This document shows, piece after piece, positions 23,596 to 36,629 of a stretch of DNA of 64,000 bases; within the stretch, counting starts at the first letter, position 1, and every line of letters starts with the position of its first letter. Origin of the DNA: Sphyrna mokarran (taxonomy: Eukaryota); assembly GCA_024679065.1 (NCBI GenBank), contig JAGIQG010000003.1, positions 94,178,001 to 94,242,000 of the forward strand. Reading direction: 5' to 3'. The notes below the pieces were generated by a model that ran no database searches, had not been told where the DNA came from, and worked only from the letters and a program-made list of their open reading frames with translations. The position numbers and the translations under genes are program-made.

Positions 23596-24917
23596 TGATA
23601 GGATGGTCACCAATTGTTATTGTTTGTTTTTGGAGTATTTGTGTCACATTCCTTATTTGACTTTTGGAGAAACGTTCAACATTCCAGTGATCCACATGAA
23701 ACTGGCAAGAGTAAGGCTGCTGTGTAGTTTATTGTACTAAGCGGTTCATGGATGCATTTCACTTGCAAATATGCACAAAGTTCTTTTCCAGATTTGTAAC
23801 CTTGTATTTTTAATGGCACAGCAAAAGGTGGTGAAGGCAAATTGTGAATTTTGAACTGAGACAAATGTCTCGGATTTTCCACTCCTATTATCATTGAGTA
23901 GCTTTGGTGACCAGAGCGGAAAATATCACAAGAAGGCCAAAGTCACATTTCAAGACAATGTGAAAGCGTGATTTGATTGCCTGCTACTTGCATCAGTGAT
24001 AGGCTATGTTTCCTGACATTGACTATCAGGAACCTAATTATAATAAATTACCATATAACTATCAGATCAAAATTATTTCACCCCCGTGTCAAAAAAATCC
24101 ATCTGTAGTGGCGTGATGGCAGAACGGCACGAAGCATGACTGGTCTCATAAGGATGTTCCTATCAAGCCGTAATTCCAGGGTAGCTCGGAGGTGAGTGCA
24201 GCGGTTGGGGGGGAATAGAGTGGTATTAGGGTAATGCCCTGATGGCGCTGGATAGATTTAGGCTTTTGAGATATAAAACTCTCTTAATTTAATAAAAGCT
24301 ATTGGGGCCCTTAGTTGTACTTGACCTGCAAGGTACAAATAATCAGTATATATTAATCAAGTCGAATTTATGAAGCAAAATTTTACATGTACTTAACAAA
24401 AAGTGCTGAAGACAACATTGAAGTTTCTCATCTCTCAAGATCCTAGGAAATCTTAATCTTGTCAGCACTGGTGATTTCTCACTTCTGTCTTTGTACTGCA
24501 GCTGAACTCTGTCCAAAAGTCATACCGCAGACCATGTCAATGAAAATTGTGGTTTCTCAATTTTTATCCCCTAGTTTCCCCATTCCTCTCTTTTCTGGAG
24601 CTTGTCCAAATTTACTCCTCCAATTGACTGTAGGATGGAATTCATTTCATTTCACTCCATCTTTGCAATAACTCCTGTTCCATGGGTCATAAAATGCAGA
24701 AGTTTACATTCAATCACAAACAAATACATATCTCCTTCTGTTACCGAAAAGTCATTAAATAAAGTCATGTTTTTTTTTCAGAATGTCTTAACTCAAACCC
24801 CACACTAAAGCTATTAAAATCAACATTTAAGACCACTTCTTATATTAACATCAGAAAGTAAAGGTTTCTACATTACTACACATACAGTAAAAGAATGCAT
24901 GTTTTATTTCAACAATA

Positions 24918-25039
24918 GGGAGTGGGATTTTCCAGCTGTGCTCACCCCAAAATTGGAAAATCCCACCTGAAGTCAAAGGACCTTTCCATGATGTATCTGC
25001 TCTGATTCCTGTGTTGGATGGAATGGGAAAATTTGGCCC
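24918..25039. mobile_element. MITE, Harbinger-type termini
   Basis: gggagtgggattttcc ... gggaaaatttggccc imperfect TIRs; internal ggaaaatcccac also complements the left end. Confidence 0.55.
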
Positions 25040-26154
25040 AAGGTGTCCTAAGTTAATCTATTTCTTTAAACTGATATAAAAATAAACACCTAATCATATT
25101 TTGGTCATTAAGACAGCTTCAGTGCAAGACTCAAATGAGCTCCAATAAAACAGGTTGTTCCTTCACAAACATCTGTTTCTCCTGTCACCCATATCCCCTT
25201 GATTGTTAATTGCCCAACAAAAAGTCAAAACTAAATCACATAATTGAAAACTGTGATTACAGAATAAAATCCACAATATTACAGATTGTAAAAATTAGTA
25301 GAATTGTCAATATTTACCAGAGGTTGCCAAGGTACTGCCAGGAGAGTGCAGCTGTAGGAACTTTGCTCGTTGTGCGCTGGGTGGATTTTAAATATAGTGT
25401 TCGGATTTGAGTTTCAGGGTTGTTGCCTGGGCAGGTGAATAAGAAACTGTCCCATCACTGATGTGTCATGGAACCTATGACTTCAAATTATTTTTGCAAG
25501 TCCCCACACTTTATGGCAGTGCATGCCCCTATTGCTACTGTTTCAATGCCACTTTCCCCAGCCCAACATTTTTGTTTGCTGATAACAGAAAAATTCCTGG
25601 CTCATGTTATTCATAGACTTTCACTGTTAGTGCTTCTTGGCTCTGACAAGTCAGACTCCTCATTGTGCTGCTTGAAAAAGAAAATACAGCAACCTTGAAG
25701 TGAAGAGAATTGTTTTTAACGGCAATTTGAGTTTTGTCAGTTCAATCAGACTGTCTTCAATGTTCTCATTGAGCCTCGCCATAAAACATTCCCCATAAAC
25801 AGAGAATGTGATATTTTAGGCTGCAGAACTCTTTCCCGTGTTTACTAAATTGAACAGTTTTTGGTTGAGTTTCCTGATTGGTGTCACATTGTTTCTTTGA
25901 AGAATGATGCCGTATCTTCAGCCAGATTTCAGCTGATATCCTAAACAATGAGTTTTATTGAAAAATAATAAAATTCAATGACTTGATAATGATTTAAACT
26001 AACAGGCATATTTGGATCTTGAATTCCTAGATACTTGATTAGGAGTAGAATGTTCCTTGGGCTTGAGTGCAAAAGGTGCCCTTCATATGATGTCACTTAT
26101 TGTTATGAACAAAGATGTTATATCTAAATAAAAAGCGGTATTTAATGGATGCAT

Positions 26155-26790
26155 TGTGAATTTCCCCAACTGACCCCCCTCCCCCCACCCTCTCCTCTGG
26201 CAATGACACCTCAACTATACACTTAACTGGGCAGTAGCCAGCCACCTTCAGGATCAAGGGCATCTGGGGATAGAAATTCCCTCCTCCATCCTGGTCCCCG
26301 AGAACTGCTAAACCATCAGAGTCTGGTAGATGTTATTGCAGGCAGCACGATCAGAGAAGCAATGACAGCTGTCAGCAATGCACCCATCCAAGGTCACCGA
26401 CAGACCCAGGCCACAGCCAAGTGATGGCAGCAGGGGATGTAACAAGGAGGGGAATCAGTAGCAAGGGAGGGGAGTAGCTTTCATCACATTCCTCCCTTCC
26501 CCACCGTTGCTGGGCCGCTAGGTTAGGCACTGAGGGCACTGAGGCAGATAAAGAATGTGCCCACTTTGCAGACCCACCCTCCCCATCCCCAAACCAGACA
26601 GGGTTTCTTCGAGATTCCTGCATGGTTAGTGCGTCATCCGTCACCAGATGAAAACAGTTGGCTGCAGGGTGAGGCCATCAAGTAGGCAATAAGTGTCCAT
26701 TTAACAGGGTCAAAAGGGTATACTGAAGATGTGGGAAGATGGCGGGGTTTACACTGGCTGTCCTCCCATCCAAATAAATCCATCCCCCTC
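26155..26790. mobile_element. GC-rich non-autonomous DNA-transposon remnant
   Basis: Abrupt GC rise, C-runs, gtgaatttccc start; similar texture to 27768 and 53617 blocks. Confidence 0.35.
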
Positions 26791-27767
26791 CACAAACATT
26801 TCCTCTGTGGGTCAGCTTGAGTTCCGCTAATTCTTTTGATTTGACTGTTCTGAGCTGTATATAGAAGAAAAATGTAGGTTTCATAGTGCTCAGTATTTGC
26901 AATAATCATTGTGAACAAATAATGTTTTTGCCCTGTTGAGGGCCACTGGAGAACTTGGTCTCAGTTGCTACACGGGTCCACTAGTTTGTCATTTGCATTC
27001 AAAGTTACTTTTGAAGGACGTTTATTTATCCTTCAAACATGAGATAGTTTAATGTTATTATGACAGATTTGCCCTGCTGTTTGATTTTTTTTCTCATGGT
27101 ACAAGCCAGATCAAAAGAAGCTCCACATACTGCTCCACACACCATCTGTTTTTGAGTTATTTAAAATTTTATATCACAGTAAAGTTCAGCAATGCATATC
27201 TTGTGTATTCATGCTGTTGCTAACTGCTCTTTGGCCGTAGGTTACTGTCAATCAAAGACCCTCAGAGCCCAAAGGCTGGGAACAAAAGTTAGTAAGCTTG
27301 AATTGACAAACTGTGCATTATTTAAATAGATATCTGCTGTGGTATGTAATGTTGAGACCAATCTCATGACAATCATAACTTTCTGCAGAAGCAACGGGCT
27401 TAAATTCCTGCTTATAATGAAATCAGTTCTACGCAGATGAATTTCAGAATCAAAACATTTGTTTCCACGAGAATTCTGCTCAGTTTTGTTTAATAGCATT
27501 TCTAGTTGTAAATATGCAGCAATTATCTATTTAAAATGTGGTAAAGTTTATTGAAATTTGTATGCTGACTATTAAAAGACTCTTACCATATAATAGAAAA
27601 TTGCTACCACAGTCAGTTGACTGCAGACTATAGTTTAACCACAATTGACTCGACATGCAAAAATCCATTTTTCTTAAAAGCATTGTCTGTATAATGAAAA
27701 CCAATGGTTTCTCCAGAGTGGATCTGTCACGTGCAGTTGTGCGCATCCAAAGTGCTCTTCGGGTTCT

Positions 27768-28118
27768 AGGTGGAATGTTATGCAGAATGCGGGGTTTTGG
27801 TTGAAGGCTAGAAAGATGTTGAAAAAGGCAGCTTTGTGCTTTGCGCTTAAATATTTGAAAGGCTCGTGATAGGCCTGGGATTGAGGACCCTCCCTTCCTG
27901 AGAATTGCCAGCCGATCAGAGGCTGCAGTACCATCTGGACTTGGCAGTGACACTGGGGAGGGGATAGCAGGGTTCAAGTCATGGCAAGAATGAGTAGTAG
28001 CAAGTGCAGGAGTTAGCTCTCACCACAACCCAATTTCTGATGCAGTGTTGGTCAGTCAGGCACTGAGTATCTTTTGAATGGAAGACCGTTCCTGGGAACC
28101 TGCAAGCAAAAATGCTGG
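27768..28118. mobile_element. GC-rich non-autonomous DNA-transposon remnant
   Basis: Starts ggtggaatgtta, ends aaaaatgctggt; Harbinger-type terminal motifs, degenerate. Confidence 0.35.
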
Positions 28119-28135
28119 TATTTGTTTGTCATTAT

Positions 28136-28250
28136 GTTTATTTATTAGCACCACAAATAGGATTACACTAACACCGCAATGAAATCACCACATCCAGCAC
28201 CTGTTCGGGTACATGAGGGAAACTTTAGCATGGCCAATACACTTAACCTA
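28136..28250 (-). mobile_element. V-SINE variant fragment (HE1-like body, different tail)
   Basis: gtttatttattagcaccacaaataggattacactaacaccgcaatgaa...tttagcatggccaatacacttaacc; same tail as 45183 and 46240. Confidence 0.6.
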
Positions 28251-28761
28251 CGAGTTTGAAAATATTATATCCATTTTGATAAAAAAAATCTGGGATTCGT
28301 TAAATTCTGTAAATTTTATAATATTTAGGGCTTAAATATTTTTTAGAATACACATGTTCTAGCTCATTGAGAAGGAAGTGGTATACGTGAAGAGATTGGT
28401 AGGGAAAAAGCCAACTCCAAAAAAAAATTGCTTCATGTAGCTCGCTGAATATTTTTGACTGTTTGATGTCTTTTTATGAACAGTTTTGAAATAAATTGCT
28501 CAATTGCTGCTGGCATTCACTGACCAGAGAAATCTAGGCTCATCAGGTGATCTGACGTAGTCATACAAATTTGTAAATGTTAGTCTTGAACAGTACATTT
28601 GTTTTCAAAACAAATGGAACGAATGGATTGCAAGAAATGCTTGAAGAGAAAATACTCATTCAGAACAAGTTTCTCATCTGTATGACGAACATTAATAAAA
28701 ATGGCTGTATCTCAAATACATTTTAAGGAGTGGTAAATGTTACATTGTTAAATGTTCTCTC

Positions 28762-29080
28762 TTATTCATTCATGGGTGTGGCTGGATGGCCAGTATTTAT
28801 TTCCATCCCAAATTGCCCAAAGGCAGATGAGAGTCAACCACATTGCTGTGGCTCTGAAGTCACTTAGATCAGGCAAGGGTGGCAGATTTCCTTTCCTAAA
28901 CCAGATGGGTTTTTCCGTCAATTGACAATGGTTTAATGGTCATCAGTAGATTCTTAATTCCAGATACTTTTTATTAAATTCAAATTTTACCATCTGTCGT
29001 GGTGGGATTTGAACCAGGATGCCCAGAACATTTGTTGAGTTTCTGGAGTAATAATCAAAATTATAATACCAATAAGCCAC
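28762..29080 (-). mobile_element. tRNA-head SINE ('family B'), near full length
   Basis: Minus strand: A-box-like tggcttattgg, B-box ggttcaaatccc, body ggaaatctgccacccttgcc...gcaatgtggttgactctc, tail ggaaataaatactggcc. Confidence 0.8.
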
Positions 29081-29500
29081 TGGTATAATTTCCAATAGTT
29101 AAAGCAGCACATTTTCACAATATTATTGAAATATGTAATTGGGATGATGTTGTTTGGAATGGCATCAAAATTGTGCAATATGCTGTAATGTTCATTGGTC
29201 ACGTTATTTTGATTGCATTGCAAATTCATAAAAATATGTAAGCACATGTGTGGTGCATCTGACAAAAAAGCTGATTCCAAAAAAAAATCACATCCCTGAA
29301 AATCCCCTTCACACCCATTGCATAATAACGAATATGTTAAAATCAACAGTTAAAGAGACTACAGATCTTGCAATAACATTATTCGTACCTTGGGTTACAT
29401 CAAAATGTGGCACATATCCTTCTCTGGAGCTTTGTATTTGCCTTTTGCTCTGCCCCTTAAGGTTGAGTTTTCAACTGCAATATTTATATGACTTCACATC

Positions 29501-29612
29501 TAGAACCCAAGAATCCCTACAGTGCAGAAGGAGGACAATCGACTCATTGAGTCTGTACTGATACACCCTCTTCACTTGTTCCCGCCACCCCCCCCATAAC
29601 CCTGCACGTTGT
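29501..29612 (-). mobile_element. HE1/CR1-type tail fragment
   Basis: agaatccctacagtgcagaaggaggacaatcgactcattgagtctgtactga...ccataaccctgcac matches 14409 and 62645. Confidence 0.65.
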
Positions 29613-31744
29613 TCAATCATTGCTTCTTTTTTGTTCCTCCAAGATACACTCATTATGACCACAGTACTCTGCTTATTTTCATTTATGTACAATTAGTCTT
29701 TAACCATTCCTTTTATGCATAATTTAATTTTTTGATAATGTACTGTTGCATTGCCACCCACCTACCTCCATCCTCACCTCACCCCACATCAAGCACTACA
29801 CTCTTTTTTTTCCATGAATAACTTGTCCATATTTTGTGTACAAATCACAATAAGAGTTTGGATTGGAGATAGAACTACACCATTGCACATTAATACTGAA
29901 TGCAGCTCTCCACTCAGTATGTAGGATTTCAAGCTATCTCTTGCATATTGCCCTTAGGGTTACTGAATCATGCTGTTCACCAGATTGTTAATGTCATATT
30001 TTTCAAATTTGTTTATTTCCAAGATTCAGTTTTGAACGGAAAAAGGTGCACTGGGACGACAAAACTAAAGGCAAGCTGATGCAAATTTAAGTTATTATGG
30101 ACCAGAGAACTCAATTAGTGTAGTTATTCTTCAACATTTGGGAAAAATGGGCATGTTTAATAAAGTGTTCCTGTACAAACATCAACTGTTTGATTAATAT
30201 GCTTTGCATGAAATGATATAAAAGAGCAGTGTAGATTAGCTAAAATAAATTATTTATTGGGCCAAATTTAGGCAAATATTCCAGAGGAATGCTCCTTTCC
30301 TCTCTATAATTTAACATATTTGTGAACCAATCTGAAGGAAATAATGTCATTTAATGTAATTCCACTGGATAATGTTCTCTAAAACATGTGGACATATGCA
30401 CAGTGCTGTTCAATTTAATGTCAGAGCTCTACAATCAATCACTGCATTTGAAGCATCTTTAAATCATTGTACAACATGATATTTTGACATCTACAATTGG
30501 CAAGACCTTTTAACCCTGCCTGTTAAAATGTTCTTGGCTTCTTAACACGCTTCACCAAGATTCATGAACTGACTTACATGGATCTCACATCTTGAGAGGA
30601 TACTCCAGCCGCTATATTCCTTTCCTAAATTTAAACATTAAAGCTTCAATCCATCTAATTTAATCTTAAATGAAGTTTATATGATATTACAAAAATTTGA
30701 TCAGAGAAATGCAGACCATCTTTCAGGAGAATTGTTTTTCTATCATGCTTTGAATTTTATGCTCATTTTCATGCCGGCATGTTTGCAGGAAATTTGTTTT
30801 GATCTGTCTGCCTTTGGATGGGGAAAGGGAGGAGAGGAATTGTAATGAGCCAAGGTCTGTTTGGGGGCAGAGATTGATAAATGACATACAAAAGTGCGGC
30901 CATTTGAGCTTGGTATAATGTGTAACAATCCTACTGATTTTCGGACATTTGCTTTAAAATCCAATTCCCTGTTTTTATCAGCTCAGATATCCATGAAATT
31001 TCTTGTAACTTAAATAGCCAATTTTGAATAGTCCTGACCGGGTTACATTAATAGTTGTGAAAAGAAAAGTAGAAGAATTAAAAGCTCTTCTAGCTTTTGG
31101 TAGTTAGTGCACAGATTTGGACAGAAACCCCACAGGGCTCCCTTAACTCCTAACCACCACCCCACAGGAATTATATCCACATACCTTAGACACTTACCTT
31201 CTTTCTGTTCTCACAAGGACCTTGAAATTTCATGGAATCTTTCATTTACCTGGTTTACACCAGCGAGTACCACAAAAAAAGGGAACGCAATTGCCACTCC
31301 GAGAAAACTGTGGCTCAGTAAATCATGACTCTCTTCCAATGGATGTAATAAATCCATGGGTACTGTCAAAGGAGCAGAGGGGCTTCACCCGGAGATGGGT
31401 GGGGAGTCCAATTCGGGGATTTGGAAAGCATGAGATATGACAGGGAAAACAGGAATAGATGTGGAACTAGAATAAAGTTGAATGATAGAGAACGGAAGTG
31501 GTGGTGGCAAAGTAAGCAGGGAATTATGAGAGAAAAGAACTATGATAGAGACAAAGTGAAGGGCAAGAAGGAGAAGTGGAATAGATGAGAAAAAGCACAG
31601 TGCTATTCAGATTTCAAATAAATAATTACAAACGGATCATGCCTAAAGATGTATTACTTAACCTGATTTCAAAATATCTGATATACTTTAATCTGCAGTG
31701 AAAATATGACTCAGCATTCTTCTCAATCCATTGCTGAAATCGTT

Positions 31745-31940
31745 TCAGGCTAGTATTGACAGATTTTGGTTCTCTCAGGGAATAAAAGGATATGGGGAGG
31801 GGGCAGGAAAGTGCTAGGATGGACACATTTTAGTTCTCTCAAGGAAGAAAAGAAAATAGGGAATGGACATGAAAGTGGAGTTGAAACATATGATCATACT
31901 GAATTGTGAAGCAGGTTTGACAGGCCAAGTGGTCTGATAT
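31745..31940 (+). mobile_element. CR1 3' UTR fragments
   Basis: ttgacagattttgg..cagggaataaaaggatatgggga..gcaggaaagtg; gaaagtggagttga..tgatcatactgaattgtgaagcaggtttgacaggccaagtgg. Confidence 0.55.
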
Positions 31941-32154
31941 ATATTGAATTCAAAAGTTATGGTCCTTTCTCAAAATAATTACTTACCTTTTCTACTTCTG
32001 CACAAAGTTATATAATTTTGGGGGATTGTTTTTTCCTTTCTTTTATAAAAGAATAAGAAAAGCTGACATCAGAAATTCTCTAAACATGCACAAATTAATT
32101 CAGCACACTTTAAGTAAGTTCCATCAGAAAGTAAGCAATAAAATTGTATCTATT

Positions 32155-32340
32155 ACCATAGTCATTGTCCAAGGGGAACAATCAGCATCAGTCTCCTTTA
32201 GAGAGACAGCATTGATTATGTCACTTGAGGGTCATCACTCCATACCAACCATGGGACAAGGTAAGGACACAGGCTAGAGCCAGTATAGGGTTTAAACCTG
32301 TGCCACACATTAGTCATCAAGCAATCTAAACTGACTCCCA
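32155..32340 (-). mobile_element. Another tRNA-derived SINE family ('C'), decayed
   Basis: Shares aggtaagga(c/g)acaggct with 52725-52923; tRNA-like head on minus strand. Confidence 0.4.
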
Positions 32341-33708
32341 GAATTCTCGCTGTTATGCTGAGTGTAATTCTGTTGCATAGGATACATGTAGAAACCATGG
32401 ATCTCCTCAGACGTGTGAAGATTAGAGATAGATTCTAACAGTCTCGACCATTTAGAACAGTAAGCATCAATCATATATTTGTCATGTAACTTTATTACAT
32501 TTCAGATAACGCAAACGTTGGCTCTGAAAACAAATCCTCTGCTTGCCAAGGACATATATATCATAGTAATGGTTTAGCTTCTCCACATATGGATGATTGA
32601 TTGGTAGAATGCTAGACATATTGAAAGATTGATAAGCTGCTTCAAAATTAACATAAACCAAGCTAACCCATTTCTACTCTTTTTCCTAATCTGTTGAAGC
32701 AGCAAAGAATAAAAAAAAAACTGCCATTAATATCTTGGTGTACTTCACATTTCAAATTTTAATTGGAATATTTAAATGTCCTTACTGTCATTGTGTCAAA
32801 TCAAATCCACTCCAAGATTAACCATGGTACATTACCTTAAATTCTGAAACAGATTACAGAAGTACAAACTTTTAATACACAAGGCATACTATCAGAATTT
32901 CAGAAATATCACTTAATATTTTGAATGAAAATAAGATTTTTTTTGAAGAAAATTAAGTAGTAACGTAACTGAGAAACTTGGAAGTCAGAGTTTTCACCCG
33001 ATAACCATTGAAAATCATTTCAGCCAAAACCCTGGAACTCCCTCCCTATCAGCATCTTAGGTGTACCTGCATCATATGGACCAAGACAAAACCATCTTCA
33101 CCACACTGAAGCTGCAGCACAGTTCCAGTTGGATAGCTGGAATTTCATCTATGACAAAAGAAGATGGTTAATTAAATATTGGATACCAAATTCTCTGAAA
33201 TGTTAAGTTCATCATGCAGCTATTTTTGATATTTTCTGTAATCACAATATGCTGTACTTGTGACATCAGCATTTTACCCTCTTACTGCCCAGAATCAGTA
33301 GACCATAACCTGTGAGCTCCCAACGTCAGAATTGGGGGGTACCCCTCTGCAATCCCCTTCCCAGTTAGGGGTTCGTATAGCAATTTCACAGAAGTAGAAA
33401 CTTCTAATCAGCGATTACCATGCACTGAAAACCATCCAGAAACATGCTTCAAATCGGAAACTTTGGGTGGTTCCTGTTGTGTTGCACAAATACTTAGAAA
33501 GCATTACAAGAATTAAAACATCTTCTAATTTCTGGGGAGCAATTGTAAAAACTCAGGCTGATCTCTATACCCTCTACCCGGCCAAATCCATCAGCAATAA
33601 ATCCCCACGACTCTTCACAGACACAGAAATGGTTTGATCGGAATAGAGTGGTATTCCGTTGCTGATTGCCATTCTGAGGAAGTTATGGACATATTTTATA
33701 TGGAAAGA

Positions 33709-34550
33709 GTTATGTATTTTCTTACCCTTGGATTTTGTATTCCAATTAAATGAATCAGCAGCAGGTATTCATGAGTTTATAGTAAAGATTATTATTTAAT
33801 CTCACACATTCACACCAAATTAACATACTATCATGTTTGTCTCAAGCACATGTGAACATACACTATGTAGAGATAAAGATAGTGCACTTTTACAGATAAC
33901 AGTTAACTTAGTCTCTGGTTTATAGGTTGCAAATCAGCAGGTTTATGGATTATTGAATGCATTGGTTGGTTTAAAGTTGAATTGAGGATCTCATAAAGTG
34001 AAGGGTTCACAGCACTTCATGATGTCTATTTTAGTTGAATATCTGGAGTTTGTTCCTCAGATGAACTTTGAAATGAGAACATGTTAACTACTCTGGCTGC
34101 TCTGTTTCACAGTTAATTTCAGAGACTGACTGTCAGACTGGCTAACAATTGATGATTTGGAGGAATTTGTTGGATCCTGAGGCAATTGGGATACGGTCCT
34201 TGAAACTAAAGTAGATCACATGACCACTGGATTAATACTTCTGAAGCCCACCGAATCTAATTTCAATGGGGTGGCCATCACAACACAGAATTGATTGTGG
34301 CCATTGAGTTTTGACCGTACCCTTTTTCTAGTGCAAAACAGGAAGACGAGCAGTCTAAAAACTCCATAAGTTTTTTGATGCTGGCCTATCCTTAAACCAT
34401 GGAATGTGTGAATTCAGCAAATGGCTGTAAAGTACCCTCTCCTATGCCCATATTTAATCAGGTATTTGCAGGCGACTTGATACAAGCTGTGGTCTAAATG
34501 CCTAAAGCCACATGATTTGCAGCATGCATCTTAACCACTTGTTTGTAACA
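33709..34550. mobile_element. Candidate solo LTR
   Basis: (a)gttatgta ... tgtaaca termini (degenerate TG..CA); internal gatcacatgacc shared with the LTR at ~36650; no TSD visible. Confidence 0.3.
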
Positions 34551-34699
34551 ATTTAAGAAAAAATTCAAAATATTATGTGCTTGTGAGATTGTTATATTGC
34601 ATCCTATGAGGTGTTGTGAGGCTTTGTTTCTGGAAATGTGATTTATTTTTATCTTTGAACAGAAGAAAATTCTCTATTTGAACAGAGACAAAGCAAACT

Positions 34700-35840
34700 G
34701 TTCAAAAATGCAAGGCCACATTCCAAGGTGAAAGTGAAAAAGAAGCATGTCCTGGTATTGGTGATAATATTCTGGCATGGATAGAGGGTTGGCTAACTAA
34801 CAGGAAACAGTGAGTAATGATGAGGGTTTTTTCTCCCCTCCGGCTGTAGGGTGGTAACAAGGGTAGTGTCACAGGGACCAGTACTAGGACCATAGCATAA
34901 CAATACATAGTGGTTTGGAGGAATGAACAGAGTGCACTATGGCCAAATTTATAGATGATACAAAGGCAGGAGGGCAGTTAGGTTGCAAGGGAGATAAATA
35001 ACTTCCAGAAAAATATTGAAAGGTGAAATGAGTGGGCAGAAAATTGTGAAACAGAATTCTGTGTGGGAAAGTAAGAGATAGGATGAAAAGGCAGATTATT
35101 ATTTAAACAGAGACACTGAAGAAAACAAAGGGACTTGGGGTTCGTTGTTTACAAAAACCCAAAAGCTGGCATAAAGGTACAAAATATTAATAGGACAGGC
35201 AAATGGAATGCTGGCTTTTATTTCAAGGGAACTGGAATATAAAATAAAAGAGGTGTTGCTGCAACTAGACAAGGTAATAGTGAGACCATACTTGGAATGT
35301 TGTGTACAGTTTTGGTCCCCTTATTTAAGGAAAGGTATATTATCATTGGAAGCAGGATAGAGGAGGATTATTAGGATTATACTGGGTATGGAAGAACAGC
35401 CACATGATGACAGATCAAGGAAGTTGGGTCTGTAGTCCTTGGAGTTCAGAAAAATTAGAGGTGATATCATTGAAATATATAAGATTATGGAATTAAGGTA
35501 AATATTGGGGGATATTTCCACTGATGGTAGAGTGTCAGACCAAAGGTCACAGTTGCAAATTAAAGGGGAACTAATTTAAGAAGGATTTTACAGAGATTTT
35601 CCTTTCTCAAAGAATGATGAATCTTTGGAATTTTTTGCTACGGGTAGTTGTAGAGGCCAAGTCTTTGAACATTTTCAGGGATAAGATTGATAAGTTTTGA
35701 ATGAAGTGGGAATCAAGGGTTATGGAGATAAGGCAAGAAAGTAGACTTAGTGAGTGTTGGGTCAAGCATTATTTTATTAAATGGCATAGCAGGCTTGGAG
35801 GATTGAATGGCCTATGCCTGTTCCTATTTCTTATAATCTA
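34700..35840 (+). mobile_element. CR1 LINE RT domain and 3' end
   Basis: GIGDNILAWIEGWLTNRKQ, VSQGPVLGP, KFIDDTK, RPYLECCVQFWSPYLRK; tail cctgttcctatttcttat. Confidence 0.88.
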
Positions 35841-35949
35841 TTGGAAGTGTGAATAGAGAGACATGTGAGTGTCTAATCGAGGCTCCAATCGAAACTTGTA
35901 GCTATCTAAGCAAGAGACATTAAAGATGCAAAATAGTGGATATTGAAAC

Positions 35950-36040
35950 AATGGCAATGTGGTTGACTCTTAATTATTCTTTGGAAAGGGCAATAAATGT
36001 TGGTCATCCAACAATGCCCACATCCCAAGAACAAAAAAAT
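35950..36040 (+). mobile_element. Family-B SINE 3' fragment
   Basis: gcaatgtggttgactcttaa...gggcaataaatgttggtcatccaacaatgcccacatcccaagaac. Confidence 0.7.
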
Positions 36041-36629
36041 ATGGCTGTTAAGACAAGCAAAATCCCTTGGAAATACACAATGGATGAAATATTTCAAGAC
36101 AGGACTGTTCAGCCACTGGACCAAGATTGTAAGGAACACAAGTGGTGTCATGAACATCTTCAGCAGAGGAAAGAGGATGAAAGGTGCTCACTGTGCCTCT
36201 CTTTTGCTTTTGGAATAAGTATGTCACCAGGTTTAGGATACCAACTCAACCTGAAACTTACCAGCCAACAGATCTTCTTATTATAACAACTTGAACATCT
36301 AACCAGATCCAAGAAACCAACTAACTCAAGTCAGTGCAGCAATTAAAATTGATGCTTCAGGAACAAAAGAAAAATGAAAGGATGCTTAATCATACATTCT
36401 TTTACTTTTGTTGTTGGACTCTAACTTCTCTTATTTCTGATACCTGTATGTGTGAGAGGCCCCAAATGAGAACAAAATTCTTGATTTTTTTTTTTCTCAT
36501 TTTCCCTTTGGTTTAGTGGTTCATTTTTTTTCTCTCTCTAACTCAATTGGCTCCTTACTAATCATAACTTAAATAATAGTTAAATACGTTAAGATTTGGA
36601 AAAAGCACATTATGGTAGCTTGGCCCCTT

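Noticed and set aside
27531-27977. 148-aa minus-strand ORF
   Set aside because: Straddles a repeat boundary; no motif or splice support
31340-31610. Strongly purine-skewed tract
   Set aside because: Low complexity, next to CR1 debris; no periodicity or assignable family
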